From: Octopus vulgaris
Taxonomy: Eukaryota
Length of the DNA: 64,000 nt
Assembly (NCBI GenBank): GCA_951406725.2
Contig: OX597814.1
Location: forward strand, 190,340,001 to 190,404,000
Reading direction: 5' to 3'
The position numbers and the translations under genes were made by a program. The first letter of the stretch is position 1. Every line of letters begins with the position of its first letter. Of the stretch, positions 1-12,142 are shown one piece after another. A model generated the notes under the pieces. The model saw only the letters and a program-made list of their open reading frames with translations, made no database searches and was not told the origin of the DNA.

Positions 1-278
1 AACATGGCAGATGCCAGCGCTGCCTGATTGGCGTCCATGTCGGTGACATGTAAAAGCACCAACCGATTGTGGCCGTTTGCCAGCCTCCTCTGGCTCTTGT
101 GCCGGTGGCACGTAAAAAAACACCCACTACACTCACGGAGTGGTTGGCGTTAGGAAGGGCATCTAGGTGTGGAAACACTGCCAGATCAGACTGGAGCCTG
201 GTGCAGCCTCCTGGCTTCCCAGACCTCGGTCAAACCGTCCAACCCATGCTAGCATGGAAAACGGACGTTAAATGATGA
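1..278 (+). mobile_element. Repeat family B ((GAT)n-tailed retroposon with internal GGTGGCACGTAAAAAGCACC tandem motifs)
   Basis: GGTTGGCGTTAGGAAGGGCATC core and CCAACCCATGCTAGCATGGAAA..GATGAT tail; about 20 copies in the window. Confidence 0.82.
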
Positions 279-702
279 ATATATATATATAGTATACATA
301 TAGATAAGAGATAATGGTGTCATGGAGGCCCAAAGTGTTAGGTAATGCTGAATAAGTGTGCTATAGACAGACCATAGTTAAGTGACCTATTTTTAGGTCA
401 CTTTAAATAAAAACCTTTGACTCTGCAACACTGTATATAAATTCTCTCCTGGGAATGACCAGGTTTAAAGATCTGTTGGATCTCACTCATAAGAGAATCT
501 TATATTGCTTATAAACTCTATATTTGGAAGGACTCATTTTAAATTCTGTTGGACTTTTGGACTTTACTCACAGGATATTGGAATATTGAATATATACCAT
601 TATGTCTACAAAACGGATCTTCCATCTGTTTTCTTTCCTCCACCTCACTCTCTATTTTGTATCACATCTAAACTAACTACGACTTAACTATCCTCTCACA
701 CC

Positions 703-754
703 GTCTCTGATGAAGGGATATTATTAATAAATATCCTAGAAACAGCTGTAAGAC
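703..754 (+). ncRNA. Type I minimal hammerhead ribozyme-like motif
   Basis: GTCT-CTGATGA-A-GGGATATT/AATATCCT stem-A-GAAAC-AGCT-GTA-AGAC: both core boxes, three helices, GUA triplet. Confidence 0.65.
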
Positions 755-922
755 CTTCTATCTATAAATGCTCTAATATCTACAGAGCCTTGGTTTTTAT
801 CTTATTACGCAAAATAATTCTTATATATGTATGCATATATATGTATCTAAGTCGCCATGATAGATCATTAGCCACTACACACATTTTTCTCTCTCTTTGT
901 TTCTCTCCTTGTTTTTTTCTGT

Positions 923-964
923 GTCCCTTTCTGTAGAAGAGCGTAGGCTCGAAACGTAAAAGAC
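923..964 (+). ncRNA. Second, variant minimal hammerhead-like motif
   Basis: CTTT-CTGTAGA-A-GAGC(GTAG)GCTC-GAAAC-GTA-AAAG; core deviates from CUGANGA. Confidence 0.45.
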
Positions 965-1611
965 TTTTTCTATTCCTGAGCGTTATACTAATACATCTGT
1001 TTGTTTTGTACACCACTTGTCTTCGTCTTTTGTTTTTTTCTTAAATTCTCCCTATATATATATTCTCCCTATATATATATATATATGTGTGTGTGTGTAT
1101 CAGTATGTATACATACATACACACACACACTCCTAAATACATAAACCACACATCTCAGTATTAATTCTTAGCAGCAATCTGTTGTAATCCATGCAGCTCT
1201 TTTAGGTAGGAAGCACATTTATTTATTAACAGCATAACAGAGACAGACTGACTTCACAAAATCATCCTAAAATCTTTCTCATCTCAACTAATGAAACAAA
1301 AACAAAAAGAATATCTTTAAGCCTATATTTTGAGCTGGTCAGTTTTATATATATGTTTATCTTTGCTACAGTCGCTACAAAATCTGTTGGACTTTTAAAC
1401 ACAAAGATTAGATAACAAATAAACCAAAGCATTCTCAGACTGTCACTTTGTGCTATACAACAACATGATAATACACTACCAAGCTATAATAATACTATTA
1501 TTATTGCTGCTGCTGCTATTCTTCACATTTCATTATTAAATGTTTATTGAATAACCCAGTCATGGGTTACTGAGTCTGGTTAATTAGCTGCATGGTTCTG
1601 TGAAGACGGCC

Positions 1612-1990
1612 AGGCGTGGCTGTGTGGTAAGAAGCTTGCTTCCCAACCACATGGTTCTGGGTTCAATCCCTCAATGTGACATTGTGTGCAAGTATCTTCT
1701 GTAGCTTCAAGCCAACCAAAGCCTTGTGAGTGAATTTGGTAGACAGAAACTAAAAGAAGCCTGTCACATATATGTGTGTGTGTGTTTGTCCCCCTCCACT
1801 GTTTGACAACCTGTGTTGGTTTGTGTATGCCCCCTTAACTTTGTCATTTGTCAAAAAATAAATTGATAGAATAAGCACCAAGCTTAAGAAAAATAAGTCC
1901 TGGGATTGATTCGTTCGACTAAAAGTTCTTCAAGGCAGTACTCTAGCATGGCCACACTCCAGTGACTGAAACAGACAAGAGATAAAGTAT
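1612..1990 (+). mobile_element. SINE family A (tRNA-like head, CORE-like CCTTGGGCAAGT motif, internal TA/TG microsatellite, GTAAAAGA tail)
   Basis: A-box TGGCTGTGTGG and B-box GGTTCAATCC; more than 20 copies in the window. Confidence 0.85.
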
Positions 1991-2079
1991 AGGACCATGT
2001 ATGAGACATATTTGAACTAGTACTTGGTAACTTCATTCTTGAATTCTTGACTAATCAGCTAGTGCAAGTAACTCACTGC

Positions 2080-2110
<31 letters not shown>

Positions 2111-2500
2111 CGAGCAAAACGCCTCCCCATCCAGTGGACAGTGCTGAGTTGTCAAACATTTAAGCCAAATTTTCTCAAAACAACTTGTCCGACCGTCCCA
2201 TTTTGTAGCATTATTTAAAGCCAGCCAGCTTTTTTTGCGCAAACTGTATGTGCATTTTTCTCGCATACGCGTAGTATTGACCACAACAGCTGATGTACTT
2301 GTATGTACAAATGCACATTCCCACGGCTTTATCGATTGCATTCTCACCTGGAATCGATTTTTGTAATTTTTTCAAGACTTATACACGCCCTGATACCATC
2401 GGTATCTACATATCAAATTTGAGTGCAATTGGATGGAGGATGCCCTAGATCCTAGAAGACACACACACACAGACAGACAGAACAGATTTTATATAATAGA
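2111..2500 (-). mobile_element. Helitron-like element, family 2
   Basis: 5' TCTATTATATAAAA + (GTCT)/(GT) microsatellite; ends CTCG|T; second copy at 56394. Confidence 0.6.
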
Positions 2501-3392
2501 TATGGCTTATGTTCTCATTAGCTATATATTGCAGTACACAATATCAACATTCATCATAAGGATAAAAATATTGTACCCAACCTTTTCCTTTGAGCTGTCT
2601 TTCTTTCCAGCTCAGAACTACATGATCATGATGAATATACGCTTTCTCTTGTTACTTGAAGCTCATCTGACAGCTTAATGCATCCTCCATATAGAAGCTT
2701 CACATTCAGTCTTTCCTTTCTGTATTACTATTAACAGAATGATGGGTGGTAACATCAGCAGGTTAAATTCTTTGCAATATTAGTGAAGTCTAATGCAGCA
2801 AGCTGACAGAATTGTTAGCACGCTGGGCAAATTGCCTTGCAGCATTTCATCATCATCATTTTTAACATCCATTTTCCGTGCAAGCACAGGTTGGACGGTT
2901 CGACTGGAGTCTGGGAAGCCAGGAGGCTGCACCAGGCTCCAGTCTGATCTGGCAGTGTTTCTACGGCTGGATGCCTTTCCTAATGCTAACCACTCCTTGA
3001 GTGTAGTGGGTGCTTATTACATCCCACCGGCACAGGTGCCAGGGGAGGCTGGCAACGGCCACCGATCAGTTGGTGCTTTTTACATGCCACCGGCACAGAA
3101 GCCAGTCAAGGCGACACTGGCATCGGTCACGTTCGGATGGTGCTTTTTACGTGCCACCGGCACAGGTATCACAACTACAATCCATCTTCAAATTCTGTTG
3201 AGGTCGACTTTACCTTTTTATTCTTTTGTGGTCAATAAATGAAGTACTAGCTGAGCAGTGGGGTTGATGTAATCAACTTATCGCCTCCTTGAAATTACTG
3301 GCCTTGTGCCAAAATTTGAAATCAATATTTTGTGAAGTCCTTATGTATTCTGATTCCAAACCCTACTGAAATGGAATTTATTTATCCATTTA

Positions 3393-3789
3393 CTAGCAGT
3401 ATCACCCAGTGTTGCTCGGGTTTGTTTCGACCCTTTAGAATTGGAATTTTTGAAAAGTAAAAATTTTGCATTATGTAGCTTGTTATTCTCTTTAAGTGAA
3501 CATTTTTCTGGTTGAAATACACCAAAAAATGATGACACAGCAGTAAAAAAATCATAAAAAATAGGGATTTTCATAGAAAAAAAGCACCTTTTTTAATGTA
3601 AATAATTTTTGGTCTTAACATTGTTCGATTTAAATTTTATCTTCTACGGAATGAAGAGCAAGCATTTTTCTATCATACTCTCAATTTTGGTCAACTTGCA
3701 CCACAGTGTCTCGGAGGAGATAGTGTTAGTTGAAGGCTACCAAACCTGCCACACACAGACAACTTCAGCTTTATATAGATATATATAGA
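3393..3789 (-). mobile_element. Non-autonomous Helitron, family 1
   Basis: On the minus strand 5' TCTATAT..., 3' hairpin CCCGAGCAACACTGGG then CTAG|T; second copy at 22682. Confidence 0.8.
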
Positions 3790-4520
3790 TTTATTACATT
3801 TTCCATTGTACATAAGATAACTGGGTTTGACTAATTACTCTATATTAGCAGTAGCAGTTTTGTTTGGGCGGGGGGGGGGCTTTTACATGCTGGTACGGAG
3901 CAGACACTTTTCCTTAGGCAATGTTTTATGCCCTTCTTATCACCAACCCTTTTAATCACCTCTTACAACATACAGCGATACAATGTACTTATTCTAGAAT
4001 TGGGCCTTCTGCTTAAACTAGAATATATTGCTCATGGATGGATAGAATTGTTAGAGCATAGGAAAAAATGCCTTGTGCTATTTCTTCTGGCTGTTTACAT
4101 TTTGAGTTCAAATTCTGCTGAGGTCAACTTTCCTTTTCATTTCTCCAAAGGTCAGAAAAAATTGTACCAGTCAAGTACTGGGATCAGTATTATCAACTAA
4201 CCCTCTTCCTTCAAAATTGCAGACTTTGTGTCTGAATCAGAAATCATTAAAGGCATGGATTAACAGAATCATTAGAGTAGTGAACAAAATGCCTTTCAGT
4301 ATTTCTTGATCATTACATTCCTAAGTTCAATCCCCACCGAGGTTGATTTGTTTTGTTTTTTTTCTTTTTTAACCTTTCATCCTTTCAGGGTCATTCAAAT
4401 AAATTAGCTGTCAATTAAAGTTTATTTCCTTTTCCTGGCAAATAAACTATGTTCATTTCATTCAAAACCTCCCAATTGGCAATCTTGGGCAAAATCAATT
4501 TGTTTTTTTACAAAAGTATA

Positions 4521-4682
4521 GGCATAGGAGTAGCTGTGTGGTAAGTAGCTTGCTTACCAACCACATGGTTCCGGGTTCAGTCCCACTGCATGACACCTTG
4601 GGCAAGTGTCTTCTATAGTCTCGGGCTAGTCAAAGCCTTGTGAGTGGATTTGGTAGACAGAAACTGAAAGAAGCCTGTCGTA

Positions 4683-4741
<59 letters not shown>

Positions 4742-5142
4742 GTGTCTGTGTTTGTCCCCCCAACATCGCTTGACAACTGATGCTGGTGTGTTTACGTCCC
4801 TATAACTTAGCAGTTCGTCAAAAAAGACCAATAGGATAAGCACTAGGCTTCCAAAGGATAAGTCCTGTGGTCTTATTCTTTGTAAGCCTAGTACTTATTC
4901 TATCGGACTCTTTTGCCAAACTGCTAAGTTACGGGAACATCGGTTGTCAAGCGATGTTGGGGGGGGGGGGCAAACACACACGCACAAACATATACACACA
5001 CACACACATATATACATATATACGACGGACTTCTTTCAGCTTCCATCTACCAAATCCACTCACAAGGCTTTGGTCAGCCCGAGGCTATGGTAGAAGACAC
5101 TTGCCCAAGGTGCCATGCAGTGGGACTGAACCTGGAACCATG
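4521..5142. mobile_element. Two SINE-A copies fused as an inverted pair
   Basis: + copy 4521-4867 directly followed by - copy 4871-5142. Confidence 0.88.
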
Positions 5143-5388
5143 AAAAGAATTCCAATCAATTCAACTGTTTACTTTGGGAGTCAATACAGAGTTAACACAA
5201 TTATTCACTGGTGCCAGATATCCTACAAATCCATGCTTGTACCAAAGAAATAATTGGTACATTTTATGTGGTATAATATATAGTAGACAAGAATAAAATG
5301 AATGGATATTTCAGGATATTACCACACATTTCAAAGGTGTGTTTATTTCAAATATGATTACAATTGTGTTACTTAATAGGTAACATAC

Positions 5389-5740
5389 TTTATCTTTTAC
5401 TTGTTTTAACCATTAGACTGCAGCCATGCTGGGGCACCACCTTGAAGAATTGTTAGTTGAACGAATCAACCCCAATACTTATTTTTTAAGCCTGGTAGTT
5501 ATTCTATCAGGCTCTTTTGTCAAACTGCTCAGTTATGAGGACATAAACACACCAAACCAGTTGTCAATTGGTGATGGGACACACAGATATATATATGACA
5601 GGCTTCTTTCAGTTTCCATCTACCATATTCACTCACAAGGCTTTGGTCAGCCTGAGGCTATAGTAGAAGATACTTGCCCAAGGTGTCACACAGTAGAAGT
5701 GAACCCAGAACCATCTGGTTGGGAAGCTTCTTACCACATT
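5389..5740 (-). mobile_element. SINE family A
   Basis: Similarity to the other copies. Confidence 0.8.
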
Positions 5741-5785
5741 ATGTAAGTTCATATTATTATTATTATTATCATTATTATTATTATT

Positions 5786-6342
5786 GCGTAAGAGAGCAAT
5801 GCATGCCATCAAAGTGACACTGGGGTAAAATATACGAAGCCCAGTATACCCATCATGACTACCCGTCTGAAAAGGATACACTAGGCACATGCATCACAAC
5901 CATATGTGCACGACATAGTGATCTCATATCAAGATAAACAGCACATGACCTTGCAGGTGGGGCCCAGTTAGAATTTTCTTCTGGTCGAGTAACCCATCCC
6001 GCTCAAAAGGTCCCTGAATAAGGGTTGTTTAAGGATGTTGAACAAAACACCCATATTTCCAGAGGTGAATTATCCAAACCCCCAAAGAATTCCTCTCAAC
6101 ACATGGCCATGATGCTCCCTCGCTACTTCTGCTCGTGGTCATAGATGCGCATATCGTTAGCCACTAAGGGACATACTCAACTGGTTAAGGTCAAACAATT
6201 GACAAGCAAATCTGTGGTATTGAGCAGAATATTTGCTGTAGCCTATCTTTTATACCAAGACAAAACAATGTACATGATAACATTTCCATTCAGTTAAGAT
6301 CAGAAGCCATGAGAGTCACTGCCTGGTACTGCATCATGGCAT
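5786..6342. repeat. Unclassified interspersed repeat; partial inverted copy at about 34770-34950
   Basis: Shared segment CAAGCAAATCTGTGGTRTTGAGCAGAATATTT; GC-richer than its flanks. Confidence 0.6.
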
Positions 6343-7905
6343 TTGTTGTTGTAGTTGTTGCTGTGGCTGTTGTTGTTGTTCAGTGGAATATCACCTTAAG
6401 AAACTATCATTTTTTTCAGGTGGTATTGCACTGAATATTTTCCAGTTGATACTTTGCCAGGTTCTTATACTGTTACCTACTAAGTTACACAACTGCACCC
6501 ATATTCAAAATAAACATGCTCTTGAAACACATGTAGTGGTGCACTGGAATATCTATTATCATTGTAATGCTGATACTTGTAGGAGATCTACTACATATGC
6601 TGATAATTGTTGTTTAATTTCATGACTGTTCTTGAAATTGAGAAAACCTGTGATGCAAGATATTCTCGTTGTGATCATATTAGTTTGTTTTTTTTCGTAT
6701 ATTGCTTACCACAGACTGTTTTCTGCTGTTGAATACGGACAGTTCCAGTATATCAAATAATTATCTGCATTCATTTTCAGTAACTTTTAATGAAATAGAT
6801 TCTCTTTCTAAGTCCTTGTAACAGCCTGCCACTTCTAGCAATATGTTCTATTTATTCAAGTTCATTGTGATCACAGTTCACGTACAATATTTTGATTTTG
6901 GCTATTATGAGGGGTCACATTTATGTTCAGTCTTGAATACCTCACCATCATTTTTAACTAAAATCAGTAATATTTTATCCATTTTTATATATATCATCAT
7001 CTTCATCATCATATGTCCATCTTCCATTTTCGGAGGAAGAGAACAGTTCGACAGGATCTAAGCAAGCCAGAGAGCTACACCAGGTCCTGTTGTCTGCATT
7101 GGCAGGGTTTCTATAACTGGATGCCCTTCCTAATGCCAACCTCTTCAAAATGTACTGGGTGCTTTTTATGTGGCACCAACACCAGCAGGTTTACGAAGTA
7201 ACTTGCGAGACGAAGACCTTTCAGCTGGGAGAGGAAGTGGCTTTATGACAATTCAGAGGTTAAAGTATGATAGAGGGATAGAGATAGATGTCTTAGTACA
7301 GAGGAGATACTTGACTATCCCAGTACAAACAGAAAGGAGAGGAATGAGAGAGAGAGATGGTGGAGAGAGTATAAGTGATACAGAGGGGATAGAGGGGTAT
7401 GTTCTGTAAGAGCATGAGGGGAGATGTTTAGAGAAGGTGAAGTGACTAGCAAGTGGTGGTGTGGGAAATTGGAGTGGCCGGGAAAGAGGTATAGTAGATA
7501 CATGAGAGCATGGTGTATGTACGGATAGGTACATGAGGGATGGTGTAAAGGGGCTGCAGCAGGTGGTGGGAAGATGGGTTGTGCGGGTGTTTTGACAGAG
7601 GGCAGATTGTGTGAGGGGCAGTGTCATGGTAAAGGCCATGGCTGTATGTATGTATGGGTGGCCACAATTTTACTTAGTTTGACATGTCTTCTCAAGCAGA
7701 GCAAATCACCAGAAGTCTCAGCCCCTTGTCGCCTCCTCTATGTATGCGGGGTGGCTGATGATAGGAAAGGCCTCCAGCTACGAAAACCATGCCAAAACAG
7801 ACACTGATGCCTGGTGCAGTCTTTTGCCCAGCCAGCTTCTGTCAAAACCATCCAACCCATGCCAGCATGGAAAGCAGATGCTAAATAATTTATGTATATA
7901 TATAT

Positions 7906-8311
7906 GTAGGAGTGGCTGTGTGGTAAGTAGCTTGCTTACGAACTACATGGTTCTGGGTTCAGTCCCACTGCATGACACCTTAAGCAAGTGTCTTCTACTT
8001 TAGCCTCAGGCCGACCAAAACCTTGTGAGTGGATTTGGTAGACGGAAACTGAAAGAGGTCCATCGTATATATGTATATGTGTGTGTTTGTATGTTTGTGT
8101 GTCTGTGTTTGTCCCCCCCAACATCGCTTGACAACCGATGCTGATGTGTTTACATCCTCGTAACTTAGCGGTTTGGCAAAAGAGATCGATAGAATAAGTA
8201 CTAGGCTTCCAAAGAATAAGTCCTGGGGTCGATTTGCTCGACTAAAGGTAGTGCTCCACATGGCCTCAGTCAAAGGACTGAAACAAGTAATAGAGTAAAG
8301 AGTAAAGAGTA
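7906..8311 (+). mobile_element. SINE family A
   Basis: Full-length head to tail. Confidence 0.88.
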
Positions 8312-8447
8312 CACTCTCAAATATAATGCTATTCTACATTTTGACCATGGTGATTTTGTATTAAATTACTTGCATTGTACACAAATAAATAAAATAGTTC
8401 ATTTATTTTGTCCTTTATTGTACTACACATTTTTATTGTTGTCATGG

Positions 8448-8849
8448 TTACTCTTTACTCTTTTACTTGTTTAAGTCATGTGACTGTGGCCATGCTGGAG
8501 CACCGCCTTTAGTCGATCAAATTGACCCCAGGACTTATTCTTTGTAAGCCTAGTGCTTATTTTATCGGTCTCTTTTTTGCCGAACCGCTAAGTTACGGGG
8601 ATGTAAACACACCAGCAATAGTTGTCAAGCGATGTTGGGGGGACAAACACAGACACGCAAACATGCACATACATATATATACATATATACAACGGGCTTC
8701 TTTCAGTTTCCGTCTACCAAATCCACTCATAAGGCTTTGGTCGGCCCGAGGCTATAGCCAAAGACACTTGCCCAAGGTGCCACGCAGTGGGACTGAACCC
8801 GGAACCATGTGGTTCGTAAGCAAGCTACTTACCACACAGCCACTCCTAT
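8448..8849 (-). mobile_element. SINE family A
   Basis: Full-length, inverted relative to 7906-8311. Confidence 0.88.
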
Positions 8850-8917
8850 GGTTATTATTATTATTATTATTATTATTATCATCATCATTATCATTATTAT
8901 GCTCATTTTTATTACAG

Positions 8918-9012
8918 ATCTAAGTTGGCTAACTTATTTAACATTGATAAACAGTCGAATAAGGGCGGAAATGAAAGCCTCACTTACACAGCCCCTAAAC
9001 AGCCCAAAAAAG
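8918..9012 (+). CDS. FKBP15: FKBP15 exon (SKLANLFNIDKQSNKGGNESLTYTAPKQPKK)
   Basis: ttacAG acceptor, G|GTATGT donor; matches the FKBP15 N-terminal YTAPKQPKK motif. Confidence 0.92.
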
Positions 9013-9201
9013 GTATGTTACCTTTTTTACTTTTTTTTTTCTTTCCATATGCCTATTAAATTAATCAGTGACTAAGAATATTTTACAGAATTGTTAATTA
9101 CATTCTGCTATTGTTGATTGTCTTAGATGTATTTTCACCATTTTTTTCCTAAATGAACTTAACCTTATTTTTAATTTTATTTTTTGGTTCTCTTTGCATA
9201 G

Positions 9202-9271
9202 AAAGTCCATCTACTGCTTCAGAAAGTACTCCTGCATTGACGATGGCCTGTGCAGTTCAAGCTTTCAAATA
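9202..9271 (+). CDS. FKBP15: FKBP15 exon (SPSTASESTPALTMACAVQAFK)
   Basis: catAG / GTAAGT; phases fit both neighbours. Confidence 0.9.
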
Positions 9272-9324
9272 GTAAGTATTTCTAATTAAAATATTCCCAA
9301 AACTTAAGATAAAAGCAAAAGCCT

Positions 9325-9741
9325 TCTCTTTACTCTTTACTCTTTTACTTGTTTCAGTCATTTGACTGCGGCCATGCTGGAGCACCGCCTTTAGTCGAGC
9401 AAATCGACCCGGGACTTATTCTTTGTAAGCCCAGTACTTATTCTATCGGTCTCTTTTGCCGAACCGCTAAGTGACGGGGATGTAAACACACCAGCATCGG
9501 TTGTCAAGCGATGCTGAGGGGGACGAACACAGACAGACAAACACGCACACATATACATATACATATATGTACATATATACGACGGGCTTCTTTCAGTTTC
9601 CGTCTACCAAATCCACTCACAAGGCATTGGTCGGCCCGGGGCCATAGCAGAAGACACTTGCCCAAGATGCCACGCAGTGGGACTGAACCCGGAACCATGT
9701 GGTTGGTTAGCAAGCTACTTACCACACAGCCACTCCTGCGC
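9325..9741 (-). mobile_element. SINE family A (young, CpG-retaining)
   Basis: Full-length. Confidence 0.9.
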
Positions 9742-9936
9742 CTTCTTGGATTTTTTTTTCTTTTTTTTAATGTGAGATTAGCTATGAGATTAGCTACAAA
9801 GTATTTCATACATAAAATCTGTTATATTGGAAAGAAAGATGAAATTTTAAAAAATTTATTTATTTTGTCATTCATAGCCGTGTGTTAAGAAGTTTGCTTC
9901 TCCACCACACAGAGGTTCGGTTCCACTGTGTAGTAC

Positions 9937-10353
9937 CTATTTCTTTATTACCCACAAGGGGCTAAACATAGAGGGGACAAACAAAGACAGACATAGGTAT
10001 TAAGTCGATTACATTGACCCCAGTGCGTAACTGGTACTTATTTAATCGACCCCGAAAGGATGAAAGACAAAGTTGACCTCGGCGAAATTTGAACTCAGAA
10101 TGTAACAGCAGACGAAATACCTATTTCTTTACTACCCACAAAGGGCTAAACACAGAGGGGACAAACAAGGACAGACAAACGGATTGAGTCAATTATATCA
10201 AACCCAGTGTGTAACTGGTACTTATTTAATCGACCCCGAAATGATGAAAGGCAAAGTCGACCTCGGTGGAATTTGAAGCCAGAACATAACGGCAGACGAA
10301 ATACCGCTAAGCATTTCGCCCAGTGTGCTAACGTTTCTGCCAGCTCTCCGCCT
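9937..10353 (-). mobile_element. SINE family C, dimer
   Basis: GGCGGCGAGCTGGCAGAA-type head, GAGTTCAAATTC B-box, GCCTTTCATCCTTTCGGGGTCGAT core; body duplicated. Confidence 0.85.
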
Positions 10354-11481
10354 TTTATATTACTCAATGTTTGTAAACAAATGGCTCGTCCATATGGTGT
10401 TGGTTGTTTTCAATTAGCCATGTGAACATGTCCAGGCTGTTTGTTATTCAATGTATTGGGAGAGGTTGGCAACAAGAAAGACATTCAGCGGGAGAAAAGC
10501 CTACTGCAACTTACTCTCACCTGACCCCTGCAAGTAGGCATCAACAAAAACAACGATGATGTTTGAAGATTATTTGTAATTTTTGTAATTAAAATAATAA
10601 ATAAAAATGTGCCCTTTTAACGCCTTGCCAGGCTGATGGGCCCGGTTTACCGGTTTCTATGGCATATGTGTTCTCCAGTTGGACGGGACGCCAGTCCATC
10701 GCAGCGTTACTCATTTTTGCCAGCTGAGTGAACTGGAGCAACGTGAAATGAAGTGTTTTGCTCAAGAACACAACGCATCGCACAGTCCAGGAATTGAAAC
10801 CACAATCTTACGATCATGATGCTGACACCCTATATATATATATATCATCATCATCATCGTTTAACGACCGCTTTCCATGCTAGCATGAGTTGGATGATTT
10901 GACTGAGGGCTGGCGAACCAGATGGCTGCACCAGGCTCCAAATCTGATCTGGCAGAGTTTCTACAGCTGGATGCCCTTCCTAACATCAACCATTCCGAGA
11001 GTGTAGTGAGTGCTTTTACATGCCACCGGCACAAGGGCCAGTGTGTTGTGTGTGTGTATGTGTGTGTGTCTGTGTGTCTTTGTGCCTGTGTTGGTGTGTT
11101 TATGTCCCCATAACTTAGTGGTTCAGCAAAAGTGACTGATAAAATAAGTACAAGGGTCTATTCATTTGACTAAAAATTCTTCAAGGTACTCCATCTTGGC
11201 CACAGTCATGGCCAGAAGTAAAAGATAAGTTGCACGCATGCACAATTTAAGTCTGTCTCAAGCCTACAGGCTCACTAAGCCAAAGCTTATCCCAGTCACT
11301 GAGGCATTTCACTTGATGAAAGTACAAGCCCTTCTTCAGCCTATTAACCTAGGTTAACCCCCAGCTACTGAGGGCTTTTGCTCAAGAACACCTGGCCTGA
11401 AAATTGAACTCGTGATCTTATATTCAGGAGTTCAACACCTTAACTTCTAACCCATGAGACTTTGTGTGTGTGTGTATTATG

Positions 11482-11861
11482 CTTTTACTTGTTTCGTTCA
11501 TTTGAGCACCACTTTGAAGAGTTTGGGTCACACAAATCGATCCCAGGACTTATTATTTTAAAGCCTGGTACTCCTATCAGTCTCTTTTGCTGAACTGCTA
11601 AGTTACAGGGCCATAAACAAACCAACACCAGTTGTCAAGTGGTTATGGACACACGCCCACACATACATAGATATATGTATCTGTATATATATTATATATA
11701 TATAATAGGCTTCTTTCAGTTTCCATCTACCAAATCCACTCGCAAGGCTTTGGTTGGCCCAAGGCTATAATAGAAGATGCTTGCCCAAGGTGTCACGTAG
11801 TGGGATTGAACCCAGAACCATGTGGTTGGTAAGCAAGCTTCTTACCTCACAGCCACGCCTA
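11482..11861 (-). mobile_element. SINE family A
   Basis: Similarity to the other copies. Confidence 0.8.
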
Positions 11862-12072
11862 CATGTGTTTGAAATTATTATTGTAACAAGTTGAAAATTC
11901 CACCTAAATCTGCTCTGATTATTTTTCTAAGATCTCATCTATTAAGTATGCCAAGTAATTACTTTGATCATTAAAAATACATCTCTATAATCATGAACGT
12001 TTTAAACCTAAATTCCACCAACTTTGAATATTCTTTATATTTACATTATTGCATTTTTTAATTATTATTCAG

Positions 12073-12142
12073 TGTTGGAAATGAACATAAAAGTCAAGGT
12101 AAATTGGGAGCTGCAATTCTGTCAAATGATTCCAACAAAGAG
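12073..12142 (+). CDS. FKBP15: FKBP15 exon (VGNEHKSQGKLGAAILSNDSNKE)
   Basis: ttcAG / GTGCGT; QGKLGAAIL motif. Confidence 0.92.

Noticed and set aside
2611-2680. Good acceptor (tttccAG) and an ATGATGA..CTGA pair suggesting an extra exon or a C/D snoRNA
   Set aside because: No convincing donor or FKBP15 similarity, and the C-to-D distance (about 42 nt) is too short.
1-8917. Search for the FKBP15 first (ATG) exon
   Set aside because: No acidic Met-initiated exon with a phase-2 donor was found; probably upstream of the window.
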